From Haplodiscus bocki (taxonomy: Eukaryota): 64,000 bases of DNA. The position numbers and the translations under genes are program-made. Location: the NCBI GenBank assembly GCA_965655095.1, contig OZ296649.1:46252001-46316000 (forward strand). Reading direction: 5' to 3'. This document shows positions 1 through 12,611 of the stretch, one piece after another (position 1 is the first letter of the stretch; each line of letters begins with the position of its first letter). Under the pieces are notes generated by a model. That model searched no databases, had not been told where the DNA came from, and saw only the letters and a list, made by a program, of their open reading frames with translations.

Positions 1-651
1 CACCGATGAACTGGTACATAGTTATTCATAGTAGTGCACATTCGATAATATAATTTCAAAAAATCATACAGCGCCAAAACATCTACACTATTATAAATCA
101 TCTCCCAAAAAGTTTTCTCGAGTCGCATACCCTCAACTCTAGTTGGCCAATAACCATCGACTTCTCTATGTAAATGTCTACCAGAATAAATATGTTTTTT
201 CCATTGTTCTTTTGTATAAAATCTGTCACAAATTTGACAATGTATGGTTAAAAATTACCTTTTACAAATTCTTATAAATCTATTCATTTTTTAAAATCAA
301 CGTTTCCATAGCCTGTGTTAATTCTTCTACTTTTCTGTTAAGATCTTTTATTTGTTGTGCATGAGATTTTCTGTTTTGCTGATTTAATTTAGGTTTTGCA
401 AGTAACACATCTCTATTTTTTTCATAATACCTTTTTCTTTGTTCTGATAATTTATCTTTGTTCTCATATTAACGTTTCATACTTCGTTGAATGATGCATG
501 GATTGCATTCTCGATATTTGTTGTAAAATTTATCAATACTTTTTTTCAGTATTGCAAACAACACAAACTTTACTTTCCATTTTATTTAATATGTTTTATT
601 GAATTGTTATTTTCTATTTCAATAAATTCATCCTGTATCAATAGGAGCGAA

Positions 652-3600
652 ATGGAATACAGTCGCACATGTGATCGGTGTAATGTTGATGTTCATAGAG
701 CATCATATGCAAGACATCTAAAAAGGAAAAAACATTTAGAAAGTATGATACATAATTATACCAGAATGCTTATTGAAAGAAGAACAAGAACTTGTTAAGA
801 AACATGTAAAAAAAGTGTATAACTCTAAATCATTAAAATAGATAGCCGGAGAAAACATTCAAATGAATGATAAAAAATTAGACTAAGATTTAAAAAGATG
901 ATTAATCCAAATTCTTTTATTGATGAGAATTTAAAAATTGGTTTCAAAATTATTCTAGAAAGTCATAATGTCAATCATACAAATTCTCTGTTGAATATTG
1001 AGCCTAATTTTCCAATTATAGGAATCGAAGCAAGATATATTAACTATATCCTAAAAAAATGGCTACTATTTACGCTAGATTAATAAATCAAAATAGGTTT
1101 AATTATCATATATTTTTTTCAGCAAGATTTTATAAGATTAACGAAGAATATCAGAGAAGCGTTGAAACTGAAATATTCTTTAACTTGAATTTTAACAATA
1201 GTTTAACAGAAAATGATATCAATGATATTGATGTTAAATCTCAATTAGAACATCAAATTCAAATTCAGGAAACGAAAGAAAGTGGTTGGATGTTTGATAA
1301 AACTAATTCAATGAAAATAAAATTTTATAAAACTGGTGCATTAAGTGGTTCGAGTTACGTTAAACTTCCTTGGAGATCAAATGCTTTAATAAATAATAAA
1401 AATAATGATAAATATTGTTTCCTATGGTCAATTTTAGCTAGTCTCCTTGTGATAATGATCATACTAACAGAGTTTCAACTTATAAACAATATTTTCATGA
1501 ACTAAACATTGAAGGTTTTGATTTTACAAATAGATTCAGATGTAGTGATGTTCGTAACTTTGAAAAACTAAATAATTTATCCACTAACATATTTGAATTA
1601 AACTTTCATCAAGATTAAAGCAAATGGAAACATAATCAAATTCCTATTGAGATTAGTAAAAATGAATCAGATAGAGTTGTTGACTTGTTATTATATAAAA
1701 AACATTATGGACTCAGTAAAAATTAAACGTATTTTTAGGATATCACCATAAAAATTTTATTGGTAGACGATGATTGAATTCTTACACAAATGAAAATGCT
1801 TTAACGAATCATAAAGGAAAATGTGTAGATGATAATAAATGTATTAATAGAAAATCAAGTGATTCTCATCTTTATTGGAAAAAGCATTTTCATAAGAATC
1901 CAATATATTTTAGGATTATTGCTGATTTCGAAGCTGATAATGAGGGCGATGGTTCTAATATAAATAATAAAACAAAAAACATTTACAAACAAGATCCTAT
2001 ATTTAATGGTTATTATATAATATCTGAATTGTAAGATGTTTTGAAAAGTGGTTTTTATGAATCTCCTTTAGGATATCATAATGTAGATTGGTATGTAAAC
2101 GAAGTTATATAATTAGAAAATAAAATGGCTTTGTATTTTAAAAACACTAAAAAAGATATCATTATGACTGAAGAAGATGAAGAAGATTATAAAAAAAATA
2201 ATATTTGACGATTTTAAGAAAGAGAAATATTATCTGGTAAAGTTCGTGATCATCGTCATTTGACTGGAAAATATAGAGGACCTGCTCATAACACTTGTAA
2301 TAAAAACGTTAAACAGAAAGATAGTAATTTTATACCATTTGCATTCCATAATCTTAGCAATTACTATTGTCATATGTTCTTCGAGAGATTAGTTGCTTTA
2401 AAAAAATGAAAAAGTAAAATTTGATATTGTTCCTAAAACCAATAAAGAATACATATCTGTGACTTAAGGTAGTGTCAGATTTATTGATAGTTATCGTTTC
2501 TTATCGGAGAGTTTAGATAAATTAGTTAAAATTTTAGATGAGGATGATTTTTTTTACTCTGAAAAAAGAATTTCCTAACAAATGGCAATATTTAAATAAA
2601 AAATTAGCATACCCATATCAATGTTTCAAAAGTATCGATGATTATAAAAAACTTGTTGATAAATTGAAAAAAGAAGACTTCTTCAGTAAATTAAAAAACA
2701 ATAAAAAACAAATGTCCCGATGATGATGAAATAGAACGAACTAGAGAAACCATTAAATTGTTTGATTTTAAAAATGGAGAAGATATAACTAAATTATACT
2801 GTAAAAGTGACGTAATTTTATAAGCTGATGTTTTTGAGAAGTTCGTTAAAGTATCTAATGAAGATTATGGTAATAATCCTCTATATTGTGTAATTCTACC
2901 TGGTTATACTTATCAATGTGCTTTGAAATTTACTGATATTAAATTGCAAACATTACAAGATAAAGATATGGTTTTGTTAAAAGAGAATAATATACGTGGT
3001 GGTATCTCATCCGTTATGGGTGATAGATACGTGAAATCAGATGAAAATAAAAGGATAATATATTTGGATGCCACTTATTTATATGGTCACTCGATGTCTC
3101 AATTGTTACTTTATGATGAAATTGAAATGTGGCATGATCATCCAGATCTTTATATGAATTGGTTGGAAACGATGTTAAATACACCAGAAGATAGTGATTT
3201 TGGTTATTTCGTTGAAGTTGATACAAGGTATCCTGATAATATAAAAGAAAAAACAAAGAATTTTCCATTTTGTCCAGAGAATAAGAAAATTAATCCAGAT
3301 AGATACAATAATTTTATGAACAAGATAAAATCTAAGAATTATACAAAATCTAGAAAGTTAATATGTGATTGGACTGCTAAAAAGAAGTATCTAATTCATT
3401 ATAGCATGTTAAAATTTTATGTTAGACATGGTATGATAGTTGAGAAAAATCATAAAATTATTTCATTTAAACAAAGTAAATGGTTGGAAAAATATATTAG
3501 TTTTATTACTCAAAAACGAATAAAACTACAAATGGTTTTGAGAAAAACTTCTATAAATTGCTTTTGAAAGCTGCATTTGGTAAATTTTTAGAAAATGTTC

Positions 3601-4329
3601 GAAATCGTTTGAGATTAGAATTATTTAAAAAAGATGGTATTAAAAATATTATAAAACAACAATCAAAATTAACATTCAATGGTATTCATCAATCATATGA
3701 AAACTGTGATAGTTATATATTAAAAAAACGAAATAGTTGTGGATAAAGCCGTATATGTTGGTTTTACTATTTTAGAATTAAGTAAGTTACAAATGTAAGA
3801 AACCTATTATGATACATTACAGCCATATTTTGGACAGGAAAAATTACAATTATTTTAGGAAAAATTTAGACAGGGATGGAATGATTTTGAGTATGAAAAC
3901 GCAAAATATTATCGAAGATTTAGGAAATTTATAAGATATTTTTGATTTCGGTCATCTGGATGAAAATCATGAACTAATTAGTGAGAAAAACAAAAAAGTG
4001 ATTGGTAAATTTAAAAATGAGACTCCTAAAACCATTTGGATAGATGAATTTGTTTGTTTGAGATCAAAGGCTTATTCGTTTAAATGTAACGATAATGTTG
4101 AAAGTAAAATTAAAACAAAAGGAATTTCTAAATCTCAATCAAAACATATTAAGTTTGAAGAATATAAAAATGTTTAGATGGTGAAAAATATCAAAGTGAA
4201 AGTAAAATTTATATTTTAAAATCAATTAATTTTTAAATGTATCTTCAAGAAGTAAAAAAATCGACATTATCTATTTTCGATGATAAACGATGTTATACAA
4301 ATATTATTAAAAATCTACCTTGGAATTAG
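652..4329 (+). pseudogene. Protein-primed family B DNA polymerase (pPolB) with N-terminal C2H2 finger and EndoVII/HNH-like insert
   Basis: Fragmented ORFs give CDRC..HLKRKKH, DKYCFLWSIL, ExoI IIADFE, RDHRHLTGKYRGPAHNTCN, FHNLSNY, RFIDSYRF, LAYPY, IRGGIS, motif A YLDATYLYGHSM, motif B-like KLLLKAAFGKFLENVRNR, and C-terminal FDDKR..PW. Many stops and frameshifts. Confidence 0.95.
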
Positions 4330-4370
4330 ATTTTATATGATTATCCATACCAAATCTGTGGATTTTTATC

Positions 4371-4655
4371 CTATACTACAACCATTGTCATTATCTTTAA
4401 TCTCTGAAATTTTTGTACTATAGGAAGAAAAAAATCTTTATTTTCACTATTTATCACCAAGTGCCTATGTTGTTTAATAACTTCAACTTTGTTTAAGAAA
4501 TCGATATCGATATTATTATTATAAACATGATAACTTAAACAATGAATCATTTTTACTAAATTATTAACAATAACTTGATCTTCATCTTTATCAGTTTTCA
4601 AATTTCCTAATTCCTTGGTTATTTCTTCATATAAACCTTGTATTATAGTTGGCAT
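4371..4655 (-). CDS. Small hypothetical protein in element A
   Basis: Uninterrupted 94-aa ATG ORF convergent with pPolB; no recognised motif. Confidence 0.4.
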   Translation of the reverse strand: MPTIIQGLYEEITKELGNLKTDKDEDQVIVNNLVKMIHCLSYHVYNNNIDIDFLNKVEVIKQHRHLVINSENKDFFLPIVQKFQRLKIMTMVVV

Positions 4656-4703
4656 TCTTAATTTATAATATTTATTTCAATGATAAAATTTGAATATCTT
4701 ATA

Positions 4704-5230
4704 ATGTTTATTGAACAAATAATTTGTTTCTAATAACTGAATGAAAACGATTTATTTTTTGTTGAGGAATTTGATTTTGATACCCCGTCTTGTAGTGAAA
4801 TGGATTTTGTTTTGGACAGTTGTTTCAAAAATTGTCATAATAAATATTTTCATAAATTTAAATATGAATGTATATATGATATTAAATTTAAAAATATTGC
4901 GAATAATGGGGTGATCAATTTTGCAGTCAATGGTAAAAACATGGATTTGTACGATCTAAACAACAAATTAAAAGTTGCTCGAGAAAAATGTTTTATATTT
5001 ATACTTACAAAACAAACTCACGAAAAAAATTTATTCACATCAACGATATATAAATATAAGTCATTATTTAAAATATCGAATTCCTATGTACCTTAGACAA
5101 TTTTTCAGAGTAATATCTCAAACTCTTGATTATATTCAAACTTTTTGCAATGATTCAGATAATCCATTTCATTTTGCATGTCGTCGACGGTATTCATATA
5201 ATAATCCACAAGTGATATGGTATAGTTACA
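4704..5230 (+). pseudogene. Hypothetical element A gene, frameshifted
   Basis: Overlapping ORFs 4800-5096 and 4975-5277 join into one protein-like reading (CFKNCHNKYFHKFKYECIYDI...NPFHFAC). Confidence 0.45.
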
Positions 5231-5865
5231 CAAAGTCGAATACAACAAATAGTATAATTATTCGTATAATTGTATGAATACTATTTTTTTATTATGATAT
5301 AATACACGTTTCAAAGTTTTTTTCAAGTATTTTCATGTAAACTTTTTCAATAAAGTACATAATTACATTCAACTTTCAATTAGGTTTACGTCAGTTTTTA
5401 CTTGCAGTCAATCGGACAAATATTCATGGAGATATCCTCAAAAAACTATGTGCTAGTCATCATGCTAGTATGCATATTTCTCAGAAATCGTGCTTTCGGT
5501 TAGAACAAAAAATATCCAGTGGCCAACTTTCGTGTCTACCTTTTCAGCTGTCTATCAAGTGAGCATTCCTGGTGTGTATCCCCGTCGATCAATTCTGCTT
5601 TTTCAAGTTTCGTGATATAGACAGTTCCTCCTATAGCTTCATGGCAATGTACGACAAACGCCTGGGTATACGTAATAAGTAGTGAACCCCAAACACTACG
5701 GCAAGCCTTAAATTCATCGATGTCATTCTACAAATACCAATAGGAGGTGAAAAAGAAAAGGAGGCGAAAAAGAAAAGGAAGTACTAATTTTTGTGTGTAA
5801 TTTTTTCAGCATCGCTTCAACGGAAAAACACACGTGCAAGTACATTTCACCATTGCTTCTCAACT

Positions 5866-5990
5866 CTACGTTCGCGTAAATGTGGAATTCTACATACACG
5901 CTTTCATACCTTTTACGTTCACATAAATGAGGAATTATACACACATTTTACGTTCGCATAAATGTGGAATTATATATACACGCTTTCTTA
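5866..5990. repeat. Three imperfect 35-45 bp tandem repeats in the subterminal region of element A
   Basis: Core TACGTTCRCRTAAATGWGGAATT at about 5868, 5914 and 5949. Confidence 0.85.
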
Positions 5991-8142
5991 CATTTATACG
6001 GTGGAGAAGAACAGGTAAGGTAAAATTTTTTTTCAATTCCTGTGGTACGTGATTTAGGTGCGTCCGCGTCTTTTGGCGTCAAATGCCCGTCTACACACTA
6101 CTGTTGTGATTATTTTTCGGTCCGTTTTGATCAATCAGCGTGCGTTCTGCATGCTTTCGTTACGTTTGAAGCTACTAACCTGCTGCCATCAGTTCGAATT
6201 TATTGTTGGTAAAATTTTCCGTTGACCATAATATAACAAAGTTAATGGACAGTGCGCATATAAACCTCAGTCAAATAAAACAATATGTCTGAACTACAAT
6301 CAAATTTTATGTTTAGTGAGACTCCCCAGTTTGAACATTGAACTCATACGTTGTCGTTTCTGGTCTTTTATGAAAACAAGAAAGCCATACACTGAACCAT
6401 GAAGAAAAAGAGACGTCGAGACCTTCATAAAAAGTCCATAAAAATGTGCAATTTCTTACTTTTGTGGCTTCATGCAACCATTGTAGGACTCGACTATTAG
6501 CAAATTTTCCTCCAAATTATTGTATTTTTGGAGCTTGTTTTCACTTTTTTTGTTCATTCGAGGCCCATTTTGCACTAGCTCGTTGGTGGCCCTCTGAGTG
6601 GCAAGTGCTTGAACTTGACCAGTTGAGACTAAACAGACGTCTTACAAACTGAATGTCACATTAAGATGCCACGACAATCATTCAATGTTTCAATGATCAG
6701 TAATGGTGGTTGTGGCTGTCATTTGAGGTTCTTTCATGATCTCGTTGAAGTCATTCAATGATCTTTATATGATGTCATGCGATTCAGTAACTGATCAGTA
6801 CGGTTTATGGTAGACACGCAATTTGTAAAATGGAAAAGGGTTGTCCTGAATGTCATTGCAAGATAATAAATTTCTGTTTGTATGGAAGTGGAGGGTCCAT
6901 TAACTGGACAGTGTATGAATTCCATGTTAAGTCAACCCGGGTCTTTTCAATTTCATGTTTGCTGGTCCTGTGATTTGTGAATCCACCTTCTGAATGATTT
7001 TGTATTTCTGACAAATACTGGCTTTCATTTTAATTCATCCAGAAAATCTGAAAGATTTATGAAAATCTATGGAATAGTAATTTATTTTAATTTATTCGCA
7101 GGGAACTTCGTATTTTGTTTTTACATGATGGCTGGTTTTCTTTTCGATTATGGTCTCGCTGTCGCACTCGGAAAAATGTTATTCAGTCGTCCGTTTATGA
7201 TCTTCAAGCTTTCTGACACTGCCGGTATAAATCTGTCGTCCCTGATTCATTTTTGTCATAACATTGATTGGCAAGTTAGCTAAGATTTTCAAGTAAGGTC
7301 TCCATAGACATAGTGCCTGAAAAATTATGAATTCAAACACTCAAGCAAAGCCTATACGTCTTTTTTGCACGCGTTAGTTGTTTTTCATTCAGGCATTAGT
7401 CTGTTCATTTCAGATATACCAAAATTTGTTTTTTTGTTCAAATGGATCAGGGATTCTAAAAATTTATGTGGATTTATTTGCACAATCACTTTTATAATTT
7501 TACAATAAATAATTCATAGCACACTTTTTTCCAGTAAACATAGTTTCCAAAAAACAAAAAAAAAATTGTTACGTCTAAAAAAATTGCATGCAACATCAAA
7601 TGAACCTGGCCCTCTCAACAAGAGGTTGCAACAGTTGAAACCTTTTCGAAACCTACTCACTTGAAGAAAATTGACAAATGGTTGATGAATATGAAACTTT
7701 GAAACATTGAGATCAATGTTGTTTGAAATTTTGAACACTGTAGTTCTTGTAGCTTGCAATAAGTTTTTTCAAAATAAATTTAATTCAATAATTTAGTGCA
7801 TGGGTGGAAAAAATGAAAATTAGAAAGAAATTAGACACCAAAAAGTAAAATCATTGATCAGAAGTAAGCAGTAAATATCAAATACTAGTATCCACTCTGT
7901 GGATACATTTATTAGCGGTTAATGCATTATATGGTTTTTCAATTTGGCGAAATGCAATGAACTATCTCAGAAATAAGCAATCAGAAACAAATTGTAAAAG
8001 TTTTAGGGTACTGAACTTTCGGCAGGTGCAATACTGTACCTTTTTTCCTTTCAGTTTGAATAGAAAGCTTCCAGAGCAGCAAATACCTTTTATTTTATCG
8101 CATTTTAAAAACTCTCAAACAATGTCAATTAGTGTTATCGAA

Positions 8143-8562
8143 TGTCATGGCCGCATGAGGGACAAATGAGATATTTACATATCCTCAAACGTACGCTATA
8201 ATACATATATATGAAACACTTAACATAACTAGGATCTTATAAAGTTCTGTAGCCACAAATCGCATAAGGGTACAAAAGCAATTATGTACTACTACTTCAC
8301 TTTTCCGGGTATGGACGAGATTATGTATTTAAAGTTTAGAAACGTATTGTTGAGATTGAAAGGTAGATGCATCCATCGAACAACAAAGTGCTGAAACATA
8401 TCCATGAAAATGACGAACTCCCACGAAGACTCAAATGTGATAGTAACAGACATAAACGAAGCAATCAGTTCCAACAGGAAGAACCAAAAGCCACTCCAAG
8501 TGCCTTCTATAGCGCCCGATAAACTAAAGTAAGACAGAACCATAAAGGAGACGGAGTATATC
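8143..8562 (+). repeat. Dispersed repeat family X, copy 1 (inverted relative to 9903-10330)
   Basis: Colinear with the reverse complement of 9903-10330, e.g. gctgaaacatatccatgaaaatgacgaactccca and gttctgtagccacaaatcgcataa. Confidence 0.9.
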
Positions 8563-9429
8563 TTCTTGTTGTTAACACCACATTAGTCTATTCTGAGTAA
8601 AATAAACATGTTCCCATTGAAAATAGCATGCATGAGAATATAAAGCTGACAAAATAGAAAAATGGCCAATACGAAATTTATCAATTCCCATCCGAGCGGT
8701 TTAGATAATTTGAAGTGCCGTAGTAAAGGTTTAGAAAGACATCAGTTTTCATCCATGTGATGACAAACTTCCCACATTGACATCTACCTCAATTTAGACT
8801 GTAAAAAGTTTTCATCCGAAGGATGAAAACCAAAGTGATGGGCCTCTGCAACTTAATTGTGGCTCTATGGGTTGTCGTCTTTTCAGCCACAGGATTAAAA
8901 CTGCAACCTCTGCCTTCAACAATGTTTCTAGAAAACGTCGAAACTCATCAAAAACTTTTTCAATGTTAGTTAATTTGTCGCACGGCCTGTCTTTATTCTT
9001 TATAGTGAGGTATTGGAACTGGACTACTCCTAAATTACGTCGGAATGCATCTAACTTAAAAACACACACAGATTAACAACAGAAAAAGCTCTAATATTAT
9101 ATCTAAAACTTTATAACTAAGCGAAATGATGATTTCCGGTATAAAAAAATACCAATTAAAATTGACGAAACAAAACTCCAAAACCACCACCATTAAAGCC
9201 TTTGAAGTAGTAAAACAATTTATTTTCATCAAAATTTAGGTTCATACAAATATTACACAGATCTCTACGTGGTATGTCATGTATTTTCGCAATTTTGGAT
9301 TCATTCAAATTTTTTGCGCTAAGTTTGCATAAATCTCATGTTACGAGGTTACTACAATCACAATTGGCACTGCATTCGCTTTCAATAATCGATTAGTTAT
9401 TTAACATACCAATTAATGAGCCAATGATA

Positions 9430-9870
9430 ACTTGCCGAGAGGCCGGCTTCGCTACAGTTGGCACTTCCACTCACCCTTGGGGAAAAATTTCGTCGATAAA
9501 CACTCGAAATCTCTTCGATCAGCCGCGTCAAGTCTTCTGGTTTTTTGGTCAGGGGAGCGATGTAGGTCTTAATCTGTCCATCGAACTATGCTTGTGTCAA
9601 TTTGCGTGTTTCGGTCACTCCGTGTGGTTTTCGTCCTTCCGGTGACAAACGATAAAATTTGAAACCAATGTTGCTGTCAATACGGAAGGTTTTCATAACG
9701 CGGATGAAAACCTTTGAATTTTCTGACAACTGGCTGCAAATCGACAAGTAGTGTAAATCGTTTATATGGGGACCGATGTTTTTTAATTGGTTTTTAATGT
9801 AAATGTGTTCTCTGAGGGTTTGTGTTCTCATGTTTATTCTGTTTTGATTGAGAATTTTGTTTACACTGCG
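9430..9870 (-). pseudogene. Possible degraded retroelement gag-like N-terminal ORF
   Basis: ORF 9586-9831 reads through one stop into a coiled-coil segment GQIKTYIAPLTKKPEDLTRLIEEIS, similar in character to the gag start at 35350. No diagnostic motif. Confidence 0.3.
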
Positions 9871-9902
9871 CAGACCACACTAGTTAGATGAAGTTATCCT
9901 CC

Positions 9903-10330
9903 AGGTGTATTCCGTCTCTTTTATGGCTCTGTCTTACTTTAGTCTGTCGGGCCGCTATAGAGGGCACTTGGAGTGGCTTCTAGTGTTCTTGTTGTAACTG
10001 ACCACTGTCGTTTTTGCCTGTACTATCACATTTGAGCCTTCATGGGAGTTCGTCATTTTCATGGATATGTTTCAGCATTTTGTTGTTCGATGGATCATTA
10101 TACTTTTTAAAGCTCAACAATAGGTTCCTAATTTTTAAATAGATAGTCTCATTTATACCGGGGAGAATGGAAGTAGTAGTACATAAATATTTTTGTGCCG
10201 TTATGCGATTTGTGGCTACAGAACTTGCATTAAGATCTTGAAAATTTTAAAGGCTTCTTACGTATGTAACTCAGCGTAAGTTTAGGGATATGTAGGTATC
10301 TCAATTTTCCATCATGTGAGGATGGCACTC
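9903..10330 (-). repeat. Dispersed repeat family X, copy 2
   Basis: Reverse complement of 8143-8562 with scattered substitutions and indels. Confidence 0.9.
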
Positions 10331-12011
10331 ACCAGTTTAAATTTCTCAAGCGTCAGGATTGTGAAATTGAGAAAGTTTTTCTGATTGGCACATAATTTTT
10401 CAAACATATACAACAGTCTTAGTCGAGTGCGTCAAAGATGCTTGAAAGAAGCGCCTTCATGCAGCCGACATTCTAATACTTGTAAAAAAGCGTTGTCTCG
10501 TTAACCTTTCATCCCTATACATGCAAGCTAGTGTTGAAACGCTTCGTGTAATTCTTTTACCTAAAATAATTGCCGATTTTTCGGTAAACAAAAGCGTTTG
10601 TACTCTTCTAGAAAAACTGAAAGTCTTTGTTTCTGTTAAATTTGAAGTTTTTCTCTGTCAAATATTTTTTCTGTCCATTTCGAGATTTGCGAAAAATTCA
10701 ACTGTAAAAGTGGATTTTCATGTTGAAAGTACTGTTGTGAAACAAGCTACCTTTTGAAGCGCACAAGGTATGAACATATTTGATTCAACGCCTGAGTTCA
10801 CAGCCAAAATTTACTAATTCAAAACTCCGTGTAAGATTATTAAGCTCTGAAATCTCACTTTAAATTCAGAGGAAGTTGAAGTTATATGAAATCGATGATT
10901 TCATCTGAATATGTAATTTTGAAGGTTCTACAATTAAAATCATATCGATTTTACCAAAAAATTATCTGCCTTGTCTCTAATAGATACATCACGGCTACAT
11001 ACTGTTGAATAGTTTCAAGCCTCAGACTCAGAATAGGCCTCCCTACTGTTTTTTAGGCAAAATCCTCCACATTTTTCTGCAGTAGGCGGTAATTTGCTTC
11101 ATTAACCATTTGTTTAATTCAGGCTCATTCAATGGGTCCGGGGCTATCCTTCTTTTGAAGCAATTGGCGCGTCAATATGGACTGTTTGTGGCATTTTATT
11201 TGCGGCTTTGCTTTATTTTAAAACAAAACCTTCGAAGAAGTAGTTTCCTTTTTTCTTCCACGATTGCAACATGTTGCCAATTTGTTATTCTGTTTTGTTA
11301 ACACCCACTACCCACTACCAGTCCGATCACACACTACATTGCAGCTACTGTATCCACGACAAGCCTGTACAGTTGCTTGATATTTTCCGTCGTAATCTTA
11401 AACGGAAGAGAAATAATTCAAATATTCAGTAGTTTGCTTTATCTTTTCTTTTTATTTAGCGCGCCATTCTTCCAATTCAATTGAATGCCTCATGTGTTTA
11501 CATAAAAGAGTTACGGTTTGCACTGCAATTGTAGCAGAGCAGAATCCATGCTCTCTTGTATGCTACGAAAATGCATCGTCGATGAGCCAAGGTAGCCAAC
11601 AACTAGAGGGTGTGAATTCCTGCAAAGGCTGACTTCTTTAGGGCTCCTTAGAAACCCTTTTCACAATTTTTCAATCTTTCGTGCAAAAATCGAATATGAA
11701 GAAGATAAATTACTTTTTCGATAAGTTGCTTTATGTTCTTTCGAACTACATCTTAATTTCTACCTGGCTTTAAAAAAGCACTATGAAGTGTTTCTTTTCC
11801 GATACGCCAAAAAGTTTAGGAAAAGGTAAAATATTTCGATGTGAAAAGCTCTGGAATTATTCCACAACTGTTTCTTTAGTCTTTACATCCTCCATCTAGC
11901 TCGGGCCTTCAGATATGACAAACACTATTTCTAAAACATTGTTTCCAGCGAGAACTTGTTAGGCCGAACGAACCAAAAAGTTAAATTTTGACTTTTCTCC
12001 TTTTTCAAATA

Positions 12012-12521
12012 AGTAATAAGAGTGTGAGTTGATCAGGTGGGGGAGTGCGGGGGGGGGGAGGTGTTGAAGGCTCCTCTATGAATTAAGATAGGCTATATAG
12101 AGCCGACTCGAGCCGAGAAGGGGCCTCCACCCTAGCCGATAGCTCTCGGGTGTCTTTCGGTGTAGTGATACTCGATTCTGATTGGCTGACAAAGTTTAGG
12201 GTTTTTCGTGCTCGATTCTGATTGGCTGGTGAGAGCTTTTCAGTTCTGGGTGAAATCCGGGTGTGTTCGGTAAAGTGTTAAGACAGGGAAAGGTAATCGG
12301 CAATGTATTAGTATAGGCTAAAGGTTTTCGCAATGTATAGAGAAAAAGAGTCGGGTTTAATGACTCATTTTCGCCAGTGTGAGACTTTTCGAGAATTTTT
12401 TTCGAATTATTTCTCGGGTGCACACCGTCGGGCAGATAAATACAACGACGCGGACTTAATATGACGCCGGCACCTAATTATAACGCCTGCGGTTATTTAT
12501 TACGCTTGCGGATACTGTTTT
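12012..12521 (+). repeat. Left TIR of element B
   Basis: Colinear with the reverse complement of 29702-30186 (e.g. tatagagccgactcgagccgag, aaggggcctccaccctagc, taatgactcattttcg, gcggatactgtttt). Confidence 0.97.
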
Positions 12522-12611
12522 GATTTAATTCTATGTAAAAAGATTGATACAAAGTGTTAAAAAACCAATTAGAATCTATGAATACGAACACAGAGTTTTA
12601 AAGTGCCAATT

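Larger units (their letters stand above)
1..6102 (+). mobile_element. Maverick/Polinton element A, right portion (left part outside window)
   Basis: Contains a full pPolB pseudogene. Ends in ...CTACACACTACT (ACTACT = reverse complement of the Polinton AGTAGT terminus). The last ~50 bp (ggtgcgtccgcgtcttttggcgtcaaatgc) resemble the terminus of element C. The partner TIR is not in the window. Confidence 0.75.

Noticed and set aside
6662-6676. aagatgccacgaca resembling the LTR 3' end
   Set aside because: Upstream sequence shows no further similarity to the LTR; probably chance.
7660-7760. Possible host exon on the minus strand (AG...GTGAGT)
   Set aside because: Splice-like signals only; no recognisable protein or partner exons.
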